DNA of 64,000 bases, from NCBI GenBank assembly GCA_963779415.1, contig CAVZYA010000001.1, forward strand, positions 1,952,001 through 2,016,000. The letters are read 5' to 3'. This DNA comes from an uncultured Acidobacteriota bacterium. GTDB taxonomy: Bacteria > Acidobacteriota > Thermoanaerobaculia > UBA5066. Below, in pieces: positions 49,704-58,384 of this stretch. Under the pieces are notes generated by a model. It searched no databases, was not told where the DNA came from, and saw only the letters and a program-made list of their open reading frames with translations. The translations under genes and the position numbers were made by a program. Each line of letters starts with the position of its first letter. Position 1 is the stretch's first letter.

Positions 49704-51073
49704 TTCTCTGGGCGCTTCTCCTTACGCTCGCCGCGCCGGAGACGCCCGAGCGGAGGCATGTTGTGGAGCGCGTTCGGTGTCTCAAAAGGCCGGCGGTTTC
49801 TTACGCGCTCTATCTGCCGTCTCACTATCCGGACGATCGGAGAATCCCGATCCTCATCCTTCTCGACGCGCGGGGGCGCGCGCTCGTGCCGCTCTCCCTC
49901 TTCATGCCGGCCGCGGAGGAGCGGGGCTGGGCACTCGCGAGCTCCTGGGACTCCCGGAGCGACGAGGACGCCAAGCCGACGCTCGAGGCCATACAGGCGA
50001 TCCGCCGCGACGCCCTGGAACGCTTCCACGTCGACGAGCGGAGGGTTTACCTCGCCGGCTTCTCGGGAACGGCTCGCCTGGCGATCTTTGTCGGGTTGAC
50101 CTCGGCTCGGCCGCCAGCCGGTGTGATCGCTTGCGGAGCTGGCTTCGAGAGGGATGTTCCCCCGAAACGGGAGATGCCGTTCGTCTGGTTCGGAACCTCC
50201 GGGACCCGTGACTTCAACCACGACGAGATGCTGGAGAGCGCAGCACGGCTCGAGGCGCTCGGTGCACCCCGTCGTCTCGTCGTTTTCGACGGCGCCCACC
50301 AGTGGCCGCCCCTCCCGGTGGCTACCGACGCCCTCACCTGGATGGACCTTCAGGCGATCCGCCGCGGCCTCGCTCCGCCGGACGAGCCGCTCATCGCCCG
50401 GCGGGCCGCCGCCGGGTCGGCCGCAGCCCGGCGTGAGGAGGCTGCCGGGAAACCTCTCGCGGCCTACCGCGAGTGGCGCTCTCTGGTTCGGGACCTTTCG
50501 GGACTTGCCGACGTCCGCCCGTTCGAGAAGGCGGCCGCGTTCCTCGAGGGCTCCTGGGAGCTTCGCCAGCAGGAGGGCCTCGAGCGCAAGGCGCTCGATG
50601 AGGGCCGGCGGACGCTGTCGCTCTGGGCCCGGACGCTTCGCCGGGCCCTGAACGCTTCACCCCCCTGGAGCGTCGAGAAGCTCGTCGCGGAGCTGGGCGT
50701 CGCCCGGCTCCGAAAGACGGCCGCCTCGGTGGGGGACCCCGAACAGTCGGAGGCTGCGGATCGCCTCCTCTCCGCCCTCCGGGTCCGGACCTCGTTCTAC
50801 CTTCCGGCGGAGCTTCGGGCCGCCGGCGATCTCCGGGGCGTGGCGCTCGCTCTCGGCGTGGCCGACGCCGTCCGACCCGGGGATCCCGAGGTCCTGTACG
50901 ACCTCGCGTGCGCTCGGGCCCTCTCCGGCGAGGACGCGGCCGCACTCGAGGCGCTCCGGAGGGCCGTGGCCGCCGGATTCTGCGACCGCCGCCGGCTCGA
51001 GACCGAGCCGGACCTGGCCCGGATGCACGGGGACCCCGGCTTCGAAGGGCTTCTCGAAGCCGCCCCGCGCTGA
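49688..51073 (+). CDS. Alpha/beta-hydrolase (esterase-like) with C-terminal TPR
   Basis: YALYLP, YLAGFSG, DFN, FDGAHQW, YDLACARAL..ALEAL..AV..GF. Confidence 0.75.
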   Translation: MRPDPVLWALLLTLAAPETPERRHVVERVRCLKRPAVSYALYLPSHYPDDRRIPILILLDARGRALVPLSLFMPAAEERGWALASSWDSRSDEDAKPTLEAIQAIRRDALERFHVDERRVYLAGFSGTARLAIFVGLTSARPPAGVIACGAGFERDVPPKREMPFVWFGTSGTRDFNHDEMLESAARLEALGAPRRLVVFDGAHQWPPLPVATDALTWMDLQAIRRGLAPPDEPLIARRAAAGSAAARREEAAGKPLAAYREWRSLVRDLSGLADVRPFEKAAAFLEGSWELRQQEGLERKALDEGRRTLSLWARTLRRALNASPPWSVEKLVAELGVARLRKTAASVGDPEQSEAADRLLSALRVRTSFYLPAELRAAGDLRGVALALGVADAVRPGDPEVLYDLACARALSGEDAAALEALRRAVAAGFCDRRRLETEPDLARMHGDPGFEGLLEAAPR

Positions 51074-51137
51074 GCGATAACGGCGATAACGGGGTCGGAC
51101 GATAGCGGGGTCAGGTACCTATTTTATATTATAGGAC
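51074..51137 (+). repeat. REP-like GGGGTCAGGT element, right copy, with short tandem duplications
   Basis: GCGATAACG twice, AACGGGGTCGG, then CGGGGTCAGGTACCTATTTTATATTATAGG. Confidence 0.5.
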
Positions 51138-51142
51138 GTCCG

Positions 51143-52520
51143 TCAGCCGACGTTACCCGGGACCTTCGGCAGATGCGTCATCGCCTCCTCCACGGCGTGG
51201 TCCGGGTACTCGTAGTCCTCGAGAAGGCCGTGGTGGTAGCTCTGGTAGGCCGTCATGTCGAAATGGCCGTGGCCGGAGAGGTTGAAGGCGATGACCTTCT
51301 TCTCGCCCGTCTTCCTGCAGACGAGCGCCTCGTCGATCGCCGCGCGGATGGCGTGCGCCGACTCGGGGGCCGGGATGATCCCCTCGGCCTTCGAGAAGCG
51401 GACGGCCGCCTCGAACGTCTCGAGCTGCCGGGCCGAGCGGGCCTCGATGTCGCCGTTGGCGAGGAGGGCGCTCACCATGGGGGACATCCCGTGATAGCGC
51501 AGCCCGCCCGCGTGGATGCCGGGCGGCATGAACGTGTGCCCGAGCGTGTACATCTTCACGATCGGGGCCATCGCCGCGGTGTCGCCGTAGTCGAACGTGT
51601 AGCGTCCCTTCGTCAGCGTCGGGCAGGATGCGGGCTCCACCGCCATGATCCGCGTCTTCTTCCCTTCGGTCAGGTTCCTGTGGAGGAACGGGAAGGCGAA
51701 GCCCGCGAAGTTCGATCCGCCGCCGGCGCACGCGATGACGACGTCGGGGTACTCGCCCGCCATCTCCATCTGCTCGAGCGCCTCGAGGCCGATGACCGTC
51801 TGGTGCATCATGACGTGCCCCAGCACCGACCCGAGGCTGTATTTCTTCTTCCCGCCGCTCGTCGCGGCGGCCTCGACCGCCTCGGAGATCGCGATCCCGA
51901 GCGAGCCCTGCGAGTCCGGGTCCTCTTCGAGGACCTGCTTTCCGAAATGGGTGCTCTCGGTCGGGCTGGCGAAGACCTGCGCTCCGAAGTTCTCCATGAT
52001 GATCCGGCGGTACGGCTTCTGGTGGTACGAGACCTTCACCATGAAGACCTCGAGGTCGAGGCCGAAGAAGTTGCAGGCCATCGCGAGCGCCGACCCCCAC
52101 TGGCCCGCCCCCGTCTCGGTCGTCGAGCGCCTTCGTCCCCGCCTCCTTGTTGTAGAAGGCCTGCGCCACCGCGGTGTTCGGCTTGTGCGACCCGACGGGG
52201 CTGGCGCCCTCGTTCTTGTAGTAGATGTGCGCGGGCGTATCGAGGGCCTTCTCGAGGCGGAGCGCGCGGCACATCGGCGTCGGGCGCCAGAGACGGTAGA
52301 TCTCCCTGACGGGCTCCGGGATCTCGATCCAGCGCTCGGTCGCGACCTCCTGCATGACGATGTTCATCGGGAAGAGGACGCCGAGGAAGTCGGGCGTCAC
52401 CGGCTGGAGCGTGCCCGGGTGAAGAACGGGAGTCGGCGGGACCGGCATGTCCGCATTGACGTTGTACCAGGCCTTCGGGATGCGGGTCTCGTCCAGGAGG
52501 AATCTCATCTTGTCGCTCAT
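51143..52520 (-). CDS. trpB2: TrpB2 (tryptophan synthase beta-like), frameshift near 52125
   Basis: IPKAWYN, WRPTP, GSHKPNTA, ETGAGQWG (shifted frame), GGGSNF, HAGGLRYHG, FNLSGHG. Confidence 0.92.
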
Positions 52521-52636
52521 CGGTTCTCCTTCCGACCGGCTGCCGGTGACCGTGCATTCTCCGACGGCGGCGGCCGCCGCGCCAGCCCCAGGGGCGGCGT
52601 GAGACCGGGAGGGCGAGCGTAGAATTCCGCCGCACC

Positions 52637-53674
52637 ATGAGCGAGCTGCGACACGATCCCCTGAACCGGCGATGGGTCATCGTCTCGACCGACCGGGCGG
52701 CGCGCCCGGGAGACTTCGAGCTCGTTCACGAGGTGCGGGTCGGAAAGGACTCCTGCCCTTTCTGCGAGGGAAGCGAGACCGAGACGCCGCACGAGATCTA
52801 CGCCCTCCGCGACCACGGCACCCCGGGCGACGGGCGCGGGTGGAGCGTCCGTGTCGTTCCGAACCGCTATCCCGCTCTCGCAATCGAGGGGCAGCCCGAC
52901 CGCCGGGCGGCCGGGCCCTACGACCGGATGCACGGCATCGGGGCGCACGAGGTCGTCATCGAGTCGCCGGACCACCATCTCGACCTCGCGAACCAGCCTC
53001 TCTCACATCTCGCGCGGATCAGCTCGGTCTGGAGGTCGCGCATCGTCGACCTGATGAGGGACACGCGCTTCAAGTACGTCCTCCTCTTCAAGAACCACGG
53101 CTCCGCCGCCGGAGCGACGCTCGAGCATCCGCACTCGCAGATCATCGCGATGCCGGTGACGCCACGCGCGATCGCGATGGAGCTGGAGTCGAGCCGGCAG
53201 CACCACCAGCTCAAGGAGCGGTGCCTCATCTGCGATCTGATCGACTTCGGGATCCAGGACGCCTCGCGCGTCATCTTCGTCCACGAGCACTTCGTCGCCC
53301 TCTGCCCCTACGCGTCGCGCTTCCCGTTCGAGATCTTCCTCGCGCCACGGCGCCATCTCCACGACTTCGGGCTGATGCCCGACGATCTCCTCCCCGCCTT
53401 CGCGTCCGCCCTCTCCGAGGCGCTCCGGCGCCTGAAGACGCTCCTCCGGAACCCCGCCTACAACTTCGTTCTCCACACGGCACCGAACGTCCACGCCGAG
53501 CCGAAGCGGACGGGGCACTTCTTCTCCCTCCAGTGGGACTGGCACTGGCACATCGAGATCCTCCCCCGCCTGACGCGGACGGCCGGCTTCGAATGGGGGA
53601 CGGAGTTCCACATCAACCCGACCGCCCCCGAGGAGGCCGCACGCGCGCTGCGCGACGTCGAGCTTCCGGGATGA
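52637..53674 (+). CDS. galT: GalT-family nucleotidyltransferase
   Basis: CPFC, VPNRYP, GAHEVVIESP, FKNHG, HPHSQ, AGFEWGT. Confidence 0.9.
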   Translation: MSELRHDPLNRRWVIVSTDRAARPGDFELVHEVRVGKDSCPFCEGSETETPHEIYALRDHGTPGDGRGWSVRVVPNRYPALAIEGQPDRRAAGPYDRMHGIGAHEVVIESPDHHLDLANQPLSHLARISSVWRSRIVDLMRDTRFKYVLLFKNHGSAAGATLEHPHSQIIAMPVTPRAIAMELESSRQHHQLKERCLICDLIDFGIQDASRVIFVHEHFVALCPYASRFPFEIFLAPRRHLHDFGLMPDDLLPAFASALSEALRRLKTLLRNPAYNFVLHTAPNVHAEPKRTGHFFSLQWDWHWHIEILPRLTRTAGFEWGTEFHINPTAPEEAARALRDVELPG

Positions 53675-54072
53675 TCCGTCGCCTCGTCCTCCTTCTGGCC
53701 GCCCTCGCCGTGGCCGCCTGCCACGACACGACGACACCGGTCGAGCCGACTTCGGCGCCCCTCCCCTCGCTCGGCTTTTCGGTCGTCCCGGCGGCCGCAG
53801 GAGACCAGCCGGGGACGCTGACGCTCGAGGGACATTTCTGCCCCTGCTTCGGCGGCTCCGTCGCCGTCACGATCAACGAGACGCCGACCGGAACTCTCGG
53901 CTGCGGGGAGACGAAGGTCTTCCCCGCCGGCTCCCTCCCGCTCCGCCTCCAGATGACGGCGCCGGGGATCCATCCGTTCGACGGGGCGGTCGGAATCCTC
54001 GACATCGGGGGTCCTCCACCGGAGCTGACCGGTGTGCGCCTCGGCATCTGGTGCGCGACGCCGTCCGGATGA
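53671..54072 (+). CDS. Hypothetical lipoprotein
   Basis: MIRRLVLLLAALAVAAC lipobox; ATGA overlap with galT. Confidence 0.65.
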   Translation: MIRRLVLLLAALAVAACHDTTTPVEPTSAPLPSLGFSVVPAAAGDQPGTLTLEGHFCPCFGGSVAVTINETPTGTLGCGETKVFPAGSLPLRLQMTAPGIHPFDGAVGILDIGGPPPELTGVRLGIWCATPSG

Positions 54073-54093
54073 GCGATCCCCTTCTTCAGTCGA

Positions 54094-54183
54094 TGGCGGT
54101 GAGGGTGGGATTCGAACCCACGGTAACCTCTCGGCTACACCGGTTTTCGAGACCGGCCTGATCAACCACTCCAGCACCTCACC
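54094..54183 (-). tRNA. tRNA-Ser(CGA)
   Basis: Acceptor GGTGAGG/CCTCACC-GCCA, anticodon arm CCGGT-CTCGAAA-ACCGG, long variable arm, GGTTCGAATCC. Confidence 0.96.
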
Positions 54184-54205
54184 GCGAGCGGCCCAAAGGG
54201 CGCGA

Positions 54206-54234
54206 AGTATAAGCGAGGGGTCACGGACGATCAA
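54206..54234 (-). promoter_or_regulatory. sigma70 promoter of tRNA-Ser(CGA)
   Basis: TTGATC-N17-TATACT on minus strand. Confidence 0.7.
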
Positions 54235-54692
54235 TCAGTGACTTACGGGGAGTGAGCCGGATGAACGGGGAGGCGAAAGCCGCAATGGAAGCGGGGTTCC
54301 TCGCGATGCCGGATAGACGCCGCGAAACGTGGAGACCGGCCTCGTGAACGAGCCCTGAACGGAAGATCCGGCGTTCTGTTAGGTCCCGGCCAGCATCGCT
54401 GGAGGGAACCCGCGGCGGCCCCGTTGACCTTTCGCCTGCCCCCCGTTTCCCTCAGTCCCCGGCCTATGCCGACTGCTACGACCCCACGCCCGCAGCTTAT
54501 CTCCTCGTGGATCGATTGCCCGGAGCACGTCATCTCGGGCGCTCATTTCATCTCGTCGATCACCTTCAGTCATTCGGACGCCAGGCGCTCTTGCAGCCCT
54601 AAGAAAACCCGAGGCGCCACTCTTACCCTTTCCATCTCAATATCTTACGAAACTCGGTGGCACCGCATTCTCCCGCATCAAGAGGCCATCAC

Positions 54693-54738
54693 TTGACACC
54701 GTAGCTGCATTCCTACATTCTCAAGGTATGAATGCAGC
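54693..54738 (+). promoter_or_regulatory. Promoter and palindromic operator of the HTH gene
   Basis: TTGACA at 54693; GCTGCATTC-C-TAC...GTA-T-GAATGCAGC inverted repeat (54704-54738) covering the -10 region and ATG. Confidence 0.6.
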
Positions 54739-55414
54739 GCCAGAGCCACTTCCGGCGAGGAACATTGACGTAGGAACCGTATCTTCGGCACTCGATGAAG
54801 CGACCCTCGTGGTCGCCATACAAGACGCAGAACGGAGGATCTCCGACGGAGAAGCCAAGCGTCTTGAGCTCGACCGCTCCATTTCGGCGGCTAGGGAGGA
54901 GAAGCGTCTCCTGGAGCGTCTCTTGGAGATTCGAAGAAAGGGTGCCGTAGAAACCGATCCGATCGCCGAGGGAAATCCCGCGGGAGATCCCCTCAAGTCC
55001 GAGCGCGCTGCTCACCCAGCTGTAGATTCAGTTGTCGCGGAGCTTGAGTCTGCGGGACGACCCATCCACATCTCTGAACTCGTGCGGCTCCTGAAGACGT
55101 GCGACGTCGAAATTCCCGGCGCCGGTACCCAGGCGAACCTCATTAGTCATCTTCGCCGAGACCCGCGCTTGATGCGTTCCTCACGAGGAATGTATGGCCT
55201 AACGAGTTGGGGATTATCCTTCTTTCACAGTACTTCAAGACGTATTCCCTCAGTTCCCCGTGAGTACTGCTGTAGTCGTGGATTGCCTTTCGAAGAGATT
55301 GCATCCGATCTCAGGGTCGGAACGCTAGAAGGCACCCGAGTCAGCCGGGAGTGCTTCGTCTTCGATTCAAAGTCACCGCGATTGCACCGACGGCCGCTAC
55401 AGGTATCCGCGTGA
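54728..55414 (+). CDS. Coiled-coil plus winged-helix (HARE-HTH-like) protein; C-terminal tail probably spurious
   Basis: LESAGRPIHISEL...LISHLRRDPRLMRSSRGMYGLTSW; sequence after ~55215 looks like a deletion junction. Confidence 0.6.
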   Translation: MNAAPEPLPARNIDVGTVSSALDEATLVVAIQDAERRISDGEAKRLELDRSISAAREEKRLLERLLEIRRKGAVETDPIAEGNPAGDPLKSERAAHPAVDSVVAELESAGRPIHISELVRLLKTCDVEIPGAGTQANLISHLRRDPRLMRSSRGMYGLTSWGLSFFHSTSRRIPSVPREYCCSRGLPFEEIASDLRVGTLEGTRVSRECFVFDSKSPRLHRRPLQVSA

Positions 55415-56112
55415 CTCTTGGAGAGATCGTCGCCGACTCGGCGGTCGAGGTGCTTTCGTCATTGCGGACAAGTATCGTGGCGTCAAGTCGCTCTGCTTTG
55501 AACGCGACCGTTACTCTGCACACTGTGGTACAAAGGAAAGACGGTCCGGCTGCTCGCTCCGCTTTCAATGATAGGAAGACCGACTGACGTTGCGCTCGTC
55601 TGCACGACGAAAGGATCAGTCTCCCGAAGACCGCGACTTTGAGACCGGAGTTGGAGTTGGGGGTTTCGATAGCGGAGTTCCGGGTAGGAGCTGCCGAGCG
55701 ATACGAGACGCGCCGTTCTTGGGCCAGCGCTTCTGGTCAGACCGTGAAGACTGAGCTTCGAACGGTCCCGGAAGAAGGACAACCGCTGAAGATCAAGATA
55801 GAGGATATTGATCTAGTCAACCAGCGGTACCGTCTTCACAACGGTCTCCTCGAGATCGCCGCAAGGCACAGGTCTCTTAGTCGGTACCTTGGTAGAAAGG
55901 AAGAGAATTTTCCCGGTCAGGATGATGAGCGATTCGGGTGCTGATAGCCGAGATCGTCGCCGACGCTGTATGTGCGGACATCGTGAGCCGAAACGTCGAT
56001 GAGCATCCAGAGAACTACAAGACGCCGACTGGGACCGCTACTACGCGGAGTACAGTGAATACATGACGAAGTTCCTTCCCATCGCTCACCGGATCCAAGT
56101 ACCCGGAGCGTG
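55340..56112 (+). pseudogene. Fragmented C-terminal remnant of a larger unknown gene
   Basis: Protein-like pieces in shifting frames: LKIKIEDIDL..IAARHRSLSRYLG, VLIAEIVADAVC, WDRYYAEYSEYMTKFLPIAHRIQ. Confidence 0.5.
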
Positions 56113-56436
56113 ATCGGTACGAGTAGTGGCGTCGCTGGATTCAGACCTCCATTCGTGCTTGACCAGCCTTCCAAGCGGCGAGGAGAACTGGGCGGTCTAT
56201 GGTGGGCCGCGTATCACCTGCGGAATACCGAAAGGAAGTACCCTTCCGCACGGGTCTCGCCTTCGAAGAACGAGCCGCCGTCATGGCGGAGGCGTGGCTC
56301 GGCGCGATGGACGCAGAACCATGATCGTTCTCAGCTGTCTTTTGGCTGGAGGCCGAAAGCGTGCAGGAGTGGAATGCGTCCCGCCCGGGACCTGCGAACG
56401 TTCGATTGAGGGGAGGTAAGGCGAGAGGAAAAAAGG

Positions 56437-56526
56437 TGGCGGACAGGGTGGGATTCGAACCCACGGTAACCTTTCGGCTACACACGGCTTCCAACCGTGC
56501 TCCTTAAACCACTCGGACACCTGTCC
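56437..56526 (-). tRNA. tRNA-Ser(GGA)
   Basis: Acceptor GGACAGG/CCTGTCC-GCCA, anticodon arm CACGG-TTGGAAG-CCGTG, long variable arm. Confidence 0.96.
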
Positions 56527-56615
56527 GCGCGGCCGGAAGCCCGCGTACCTTGCCCCGAACGGCCGCCGGGGTCAAGCCGAAACGGCCGAAAAGTGCCCGC
56601 GTCTCTCCCGACGTG

Positions 56616-57368
56616 TCAGGCCCGCCCGAAGACGCGGGCGAGGAAGGAGACCAGCTGGGCGAGGAGGTTCGTCTCCGGAAGTCCGGGAGAGGGGAGGACC
56701 GTGGAATGGTCGGCCGACCGCCGCCTCGACTCCAGCGCCGCCACCTCCTCGCGGAGATCTTCCCGCTCGCGCATCCTCATCTTTTCGAAGCCGCCGCTCT
56801 CGAGGAACTCCACGACGGCCGTCAGCTCGCCCCGGTCGAGGAAGACGCCGTCCTTCCGGCAGACGTCGAGGATGACGCCCGACGCCGCGCCGTAGTTCCG
56901 CCGCGTCATCAGTCCGGCGCACGACGGGCATTTCCGGTAGTGGAATCGCGCGGGGCTCTTCTCGGCCTCGAGCGGCTGCTCCCCTTCCACGGCCCGCGCC
57001 GTCGCGCGCGCGTCGGCCCCCTCCACGACCCTCTCGAAGACCTCGTTCGACAGGAAAAGGCCTCCGCAGCGGGCGCATTCGGCGTAGGCGAGAACGCCGG
57101 TCGTCCGGGCGACGAGCGGGACGCGGCAGTCGGGGCACGGCTTTCCCGCCGCCGAGATGGAGAGAACCTCGCGGGGAAGGTCGGCGCCACAGCGGCTGCA
57201 CTTCTCGGCGTCGCGGGGGTTCAGGGTGAAGCACGCGGCGCATCGCCTCGTCGCCAGAAGCGAGCCGCAGAACGGGCAGGAACGGTCGACCTCCGGGACG
57301 GGTGCGCCGCAGGAGGGGCAGCGAAGCGTCGGGGCGGTCGGGGGGTCGAACGACGCCGTCTCGTTCAC
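56616..57368 (-). CDS. Multi zinc-ribbon protein (double zinc ribbon + zf-TFIIB-like)
   Basis: Seven CxxC pairs plus CRKD; CGGLFL and GVFLDRGEL motifs. Confidence 0.8.
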   Translation of the reverse strand: MNETASFDPPTAPTLRCPSCGAPVPEVDRSCPFCGSLLATRRCAACFTLNPRDAEKCSRCGADLPREVLSISAAGKPCPDCRVPLVARTTGVLAYAECARCGGLFLSNEVFERVVEGADARATARAVEGEQPLEAEKSPARFHYRKCPSCAGLMTRRNYGAASGVILDVCRKDGVFLDRGELTAVVEFLESGGFEKMRMREREDLREEVAALESRRRSADHSTVLPSPGLPETNLLAQLVSFLARVFGRA

Positions 57369-57850
57369 GGCCGGCGGCTGTTCCCGCCACCGACCGGGGA
57401 CGGGAATTTCCGCTCCAGGCGGGGCGCGAGGATGAGGACGAGGAGGATGAGGACCGTCGCGGCGACGATCATGGTCCACGACCCCGCCACCGCGAGGACG
57501 CCCAGCGCCGCCGTCGCCCAGATCGCGGCCGCGGAGGTCAGTCCGTGGACGCTTCGCGCCGATTCCGTGTCTCGGAAGATCTCCCCGGCGCCGAGGAAGC
57601 CGACACCCGTCGCGACTCCCTGGATCACGCGGGAAAGCGCGTCGCTCGAGTGCGGGGCCGCTAGGTGCGCCGGGATCGCCACGAAGAGAGCCGCGCCGAG
57701 GGCGACGAGAGCGTGTGTTCCCATCCCGGCCGGCTTCCCCGCACGGTGGCGGTTCCAGCCGATCGCCGCCCCGGCCAGCGTCGCGAAGACGACCCGGGCG
57801 AGGACCTCGATTTCGGCCCGGCTCGGCACGAGACGAAGGACGTCATCCAC
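57365..57850 (-). CDS. MgtC/SapB family membrane protein
   Basis: AIGWNR..KPAGMGTHALV, GVGFLGAG, GLTSAAAIW. Confidence 0.88.
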   Translation of the reverse strand: MDDVLRLVPSRAEIEVLARVVFATLAGAAIGWNRHRAGKPAGMGTHALVALGAALFVAIPAHLAAPHSSDALSRVIQGVATGVGFLGAGEIFRDTESARSVHGLTSAAAIWATAALGVLAVAGSWTMIVAATVLILLVLILAPRLERKFPSPVGGGNSRRP

Positions 57851-57891
57851 GGCGGGCACCTCTTTCCGGAGCAGGATCGGTTCGTCCCAGT

Positions 57892-58374
57892 TTACCTGTC
57901 CGGACGAGGGCGGGCGGCAGCCCTCTTCTCGCGGAAGAACTCCTTCAGGATCTCCCCGCACTCTCCGGCGAGGACGCCGGCCGTCACATGAAGGCGGTGG
58001 TTCAGCCGCGGGTCGCGGCAGAGGTCCCCGAGCGACCCGGCGAAGCCGGCCTTCGGGTCGGCCGCCCCGTAGACGAGCCGCGGGAGGCGCGAGAGGACGA
58101 TCGCCCCGGCGCACATGGCGCACGGCTCGAGCGTCACGTAGAGCGTGCAGCCGTCGAGGCGCCACGAGCCGACCTTCTTCGCCGCCCGGCGGATCGCGAT
58201 CACCTCGGCGTGCGCCGTCGGGTCGCCGTCCGCCTCGCGCCGGTTCCGCGCCCGCGCGATCAGAGCGCCGTCCCGGACGACGACCGCCCCCACGGGAACG
58301 TCGCGATGAGCGGGGGCCCGCCGCGCCGTCCTCAGCGCCTCCTTCATCCACCGTTCGTCACGGTCCGCTGTCAC
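57892..58374 (-). CDS. tadA: tRNA adenosine(34) deaminase
   Basis: VPVGAV, DPTAHAE, TLEPCAMC, DPKAG. Confidence 0.93.
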   Translation of the reverse strand: MTADRDERWMKEALRTARRAPAHRDVPVGAVVVRDGALIARARNRREADGDPTAHAEVIAIRRAAKKVGSWRLDGCTLYVTLEPCAMCAGAIVLSRLPRLVYGAADPKAGFAGSLGDLCRDPRLNHRLHVTAGVLAGECGEILKEFFREKRAAARPRPDR

Positions 58375-58384
58375 CGTCGTGAGC

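Noticed and set aside
54340-54390. GTTAGGT as an integron attC core
   Set aside because: No matching RYYYAAC inverse core and no integrase or cassette array.
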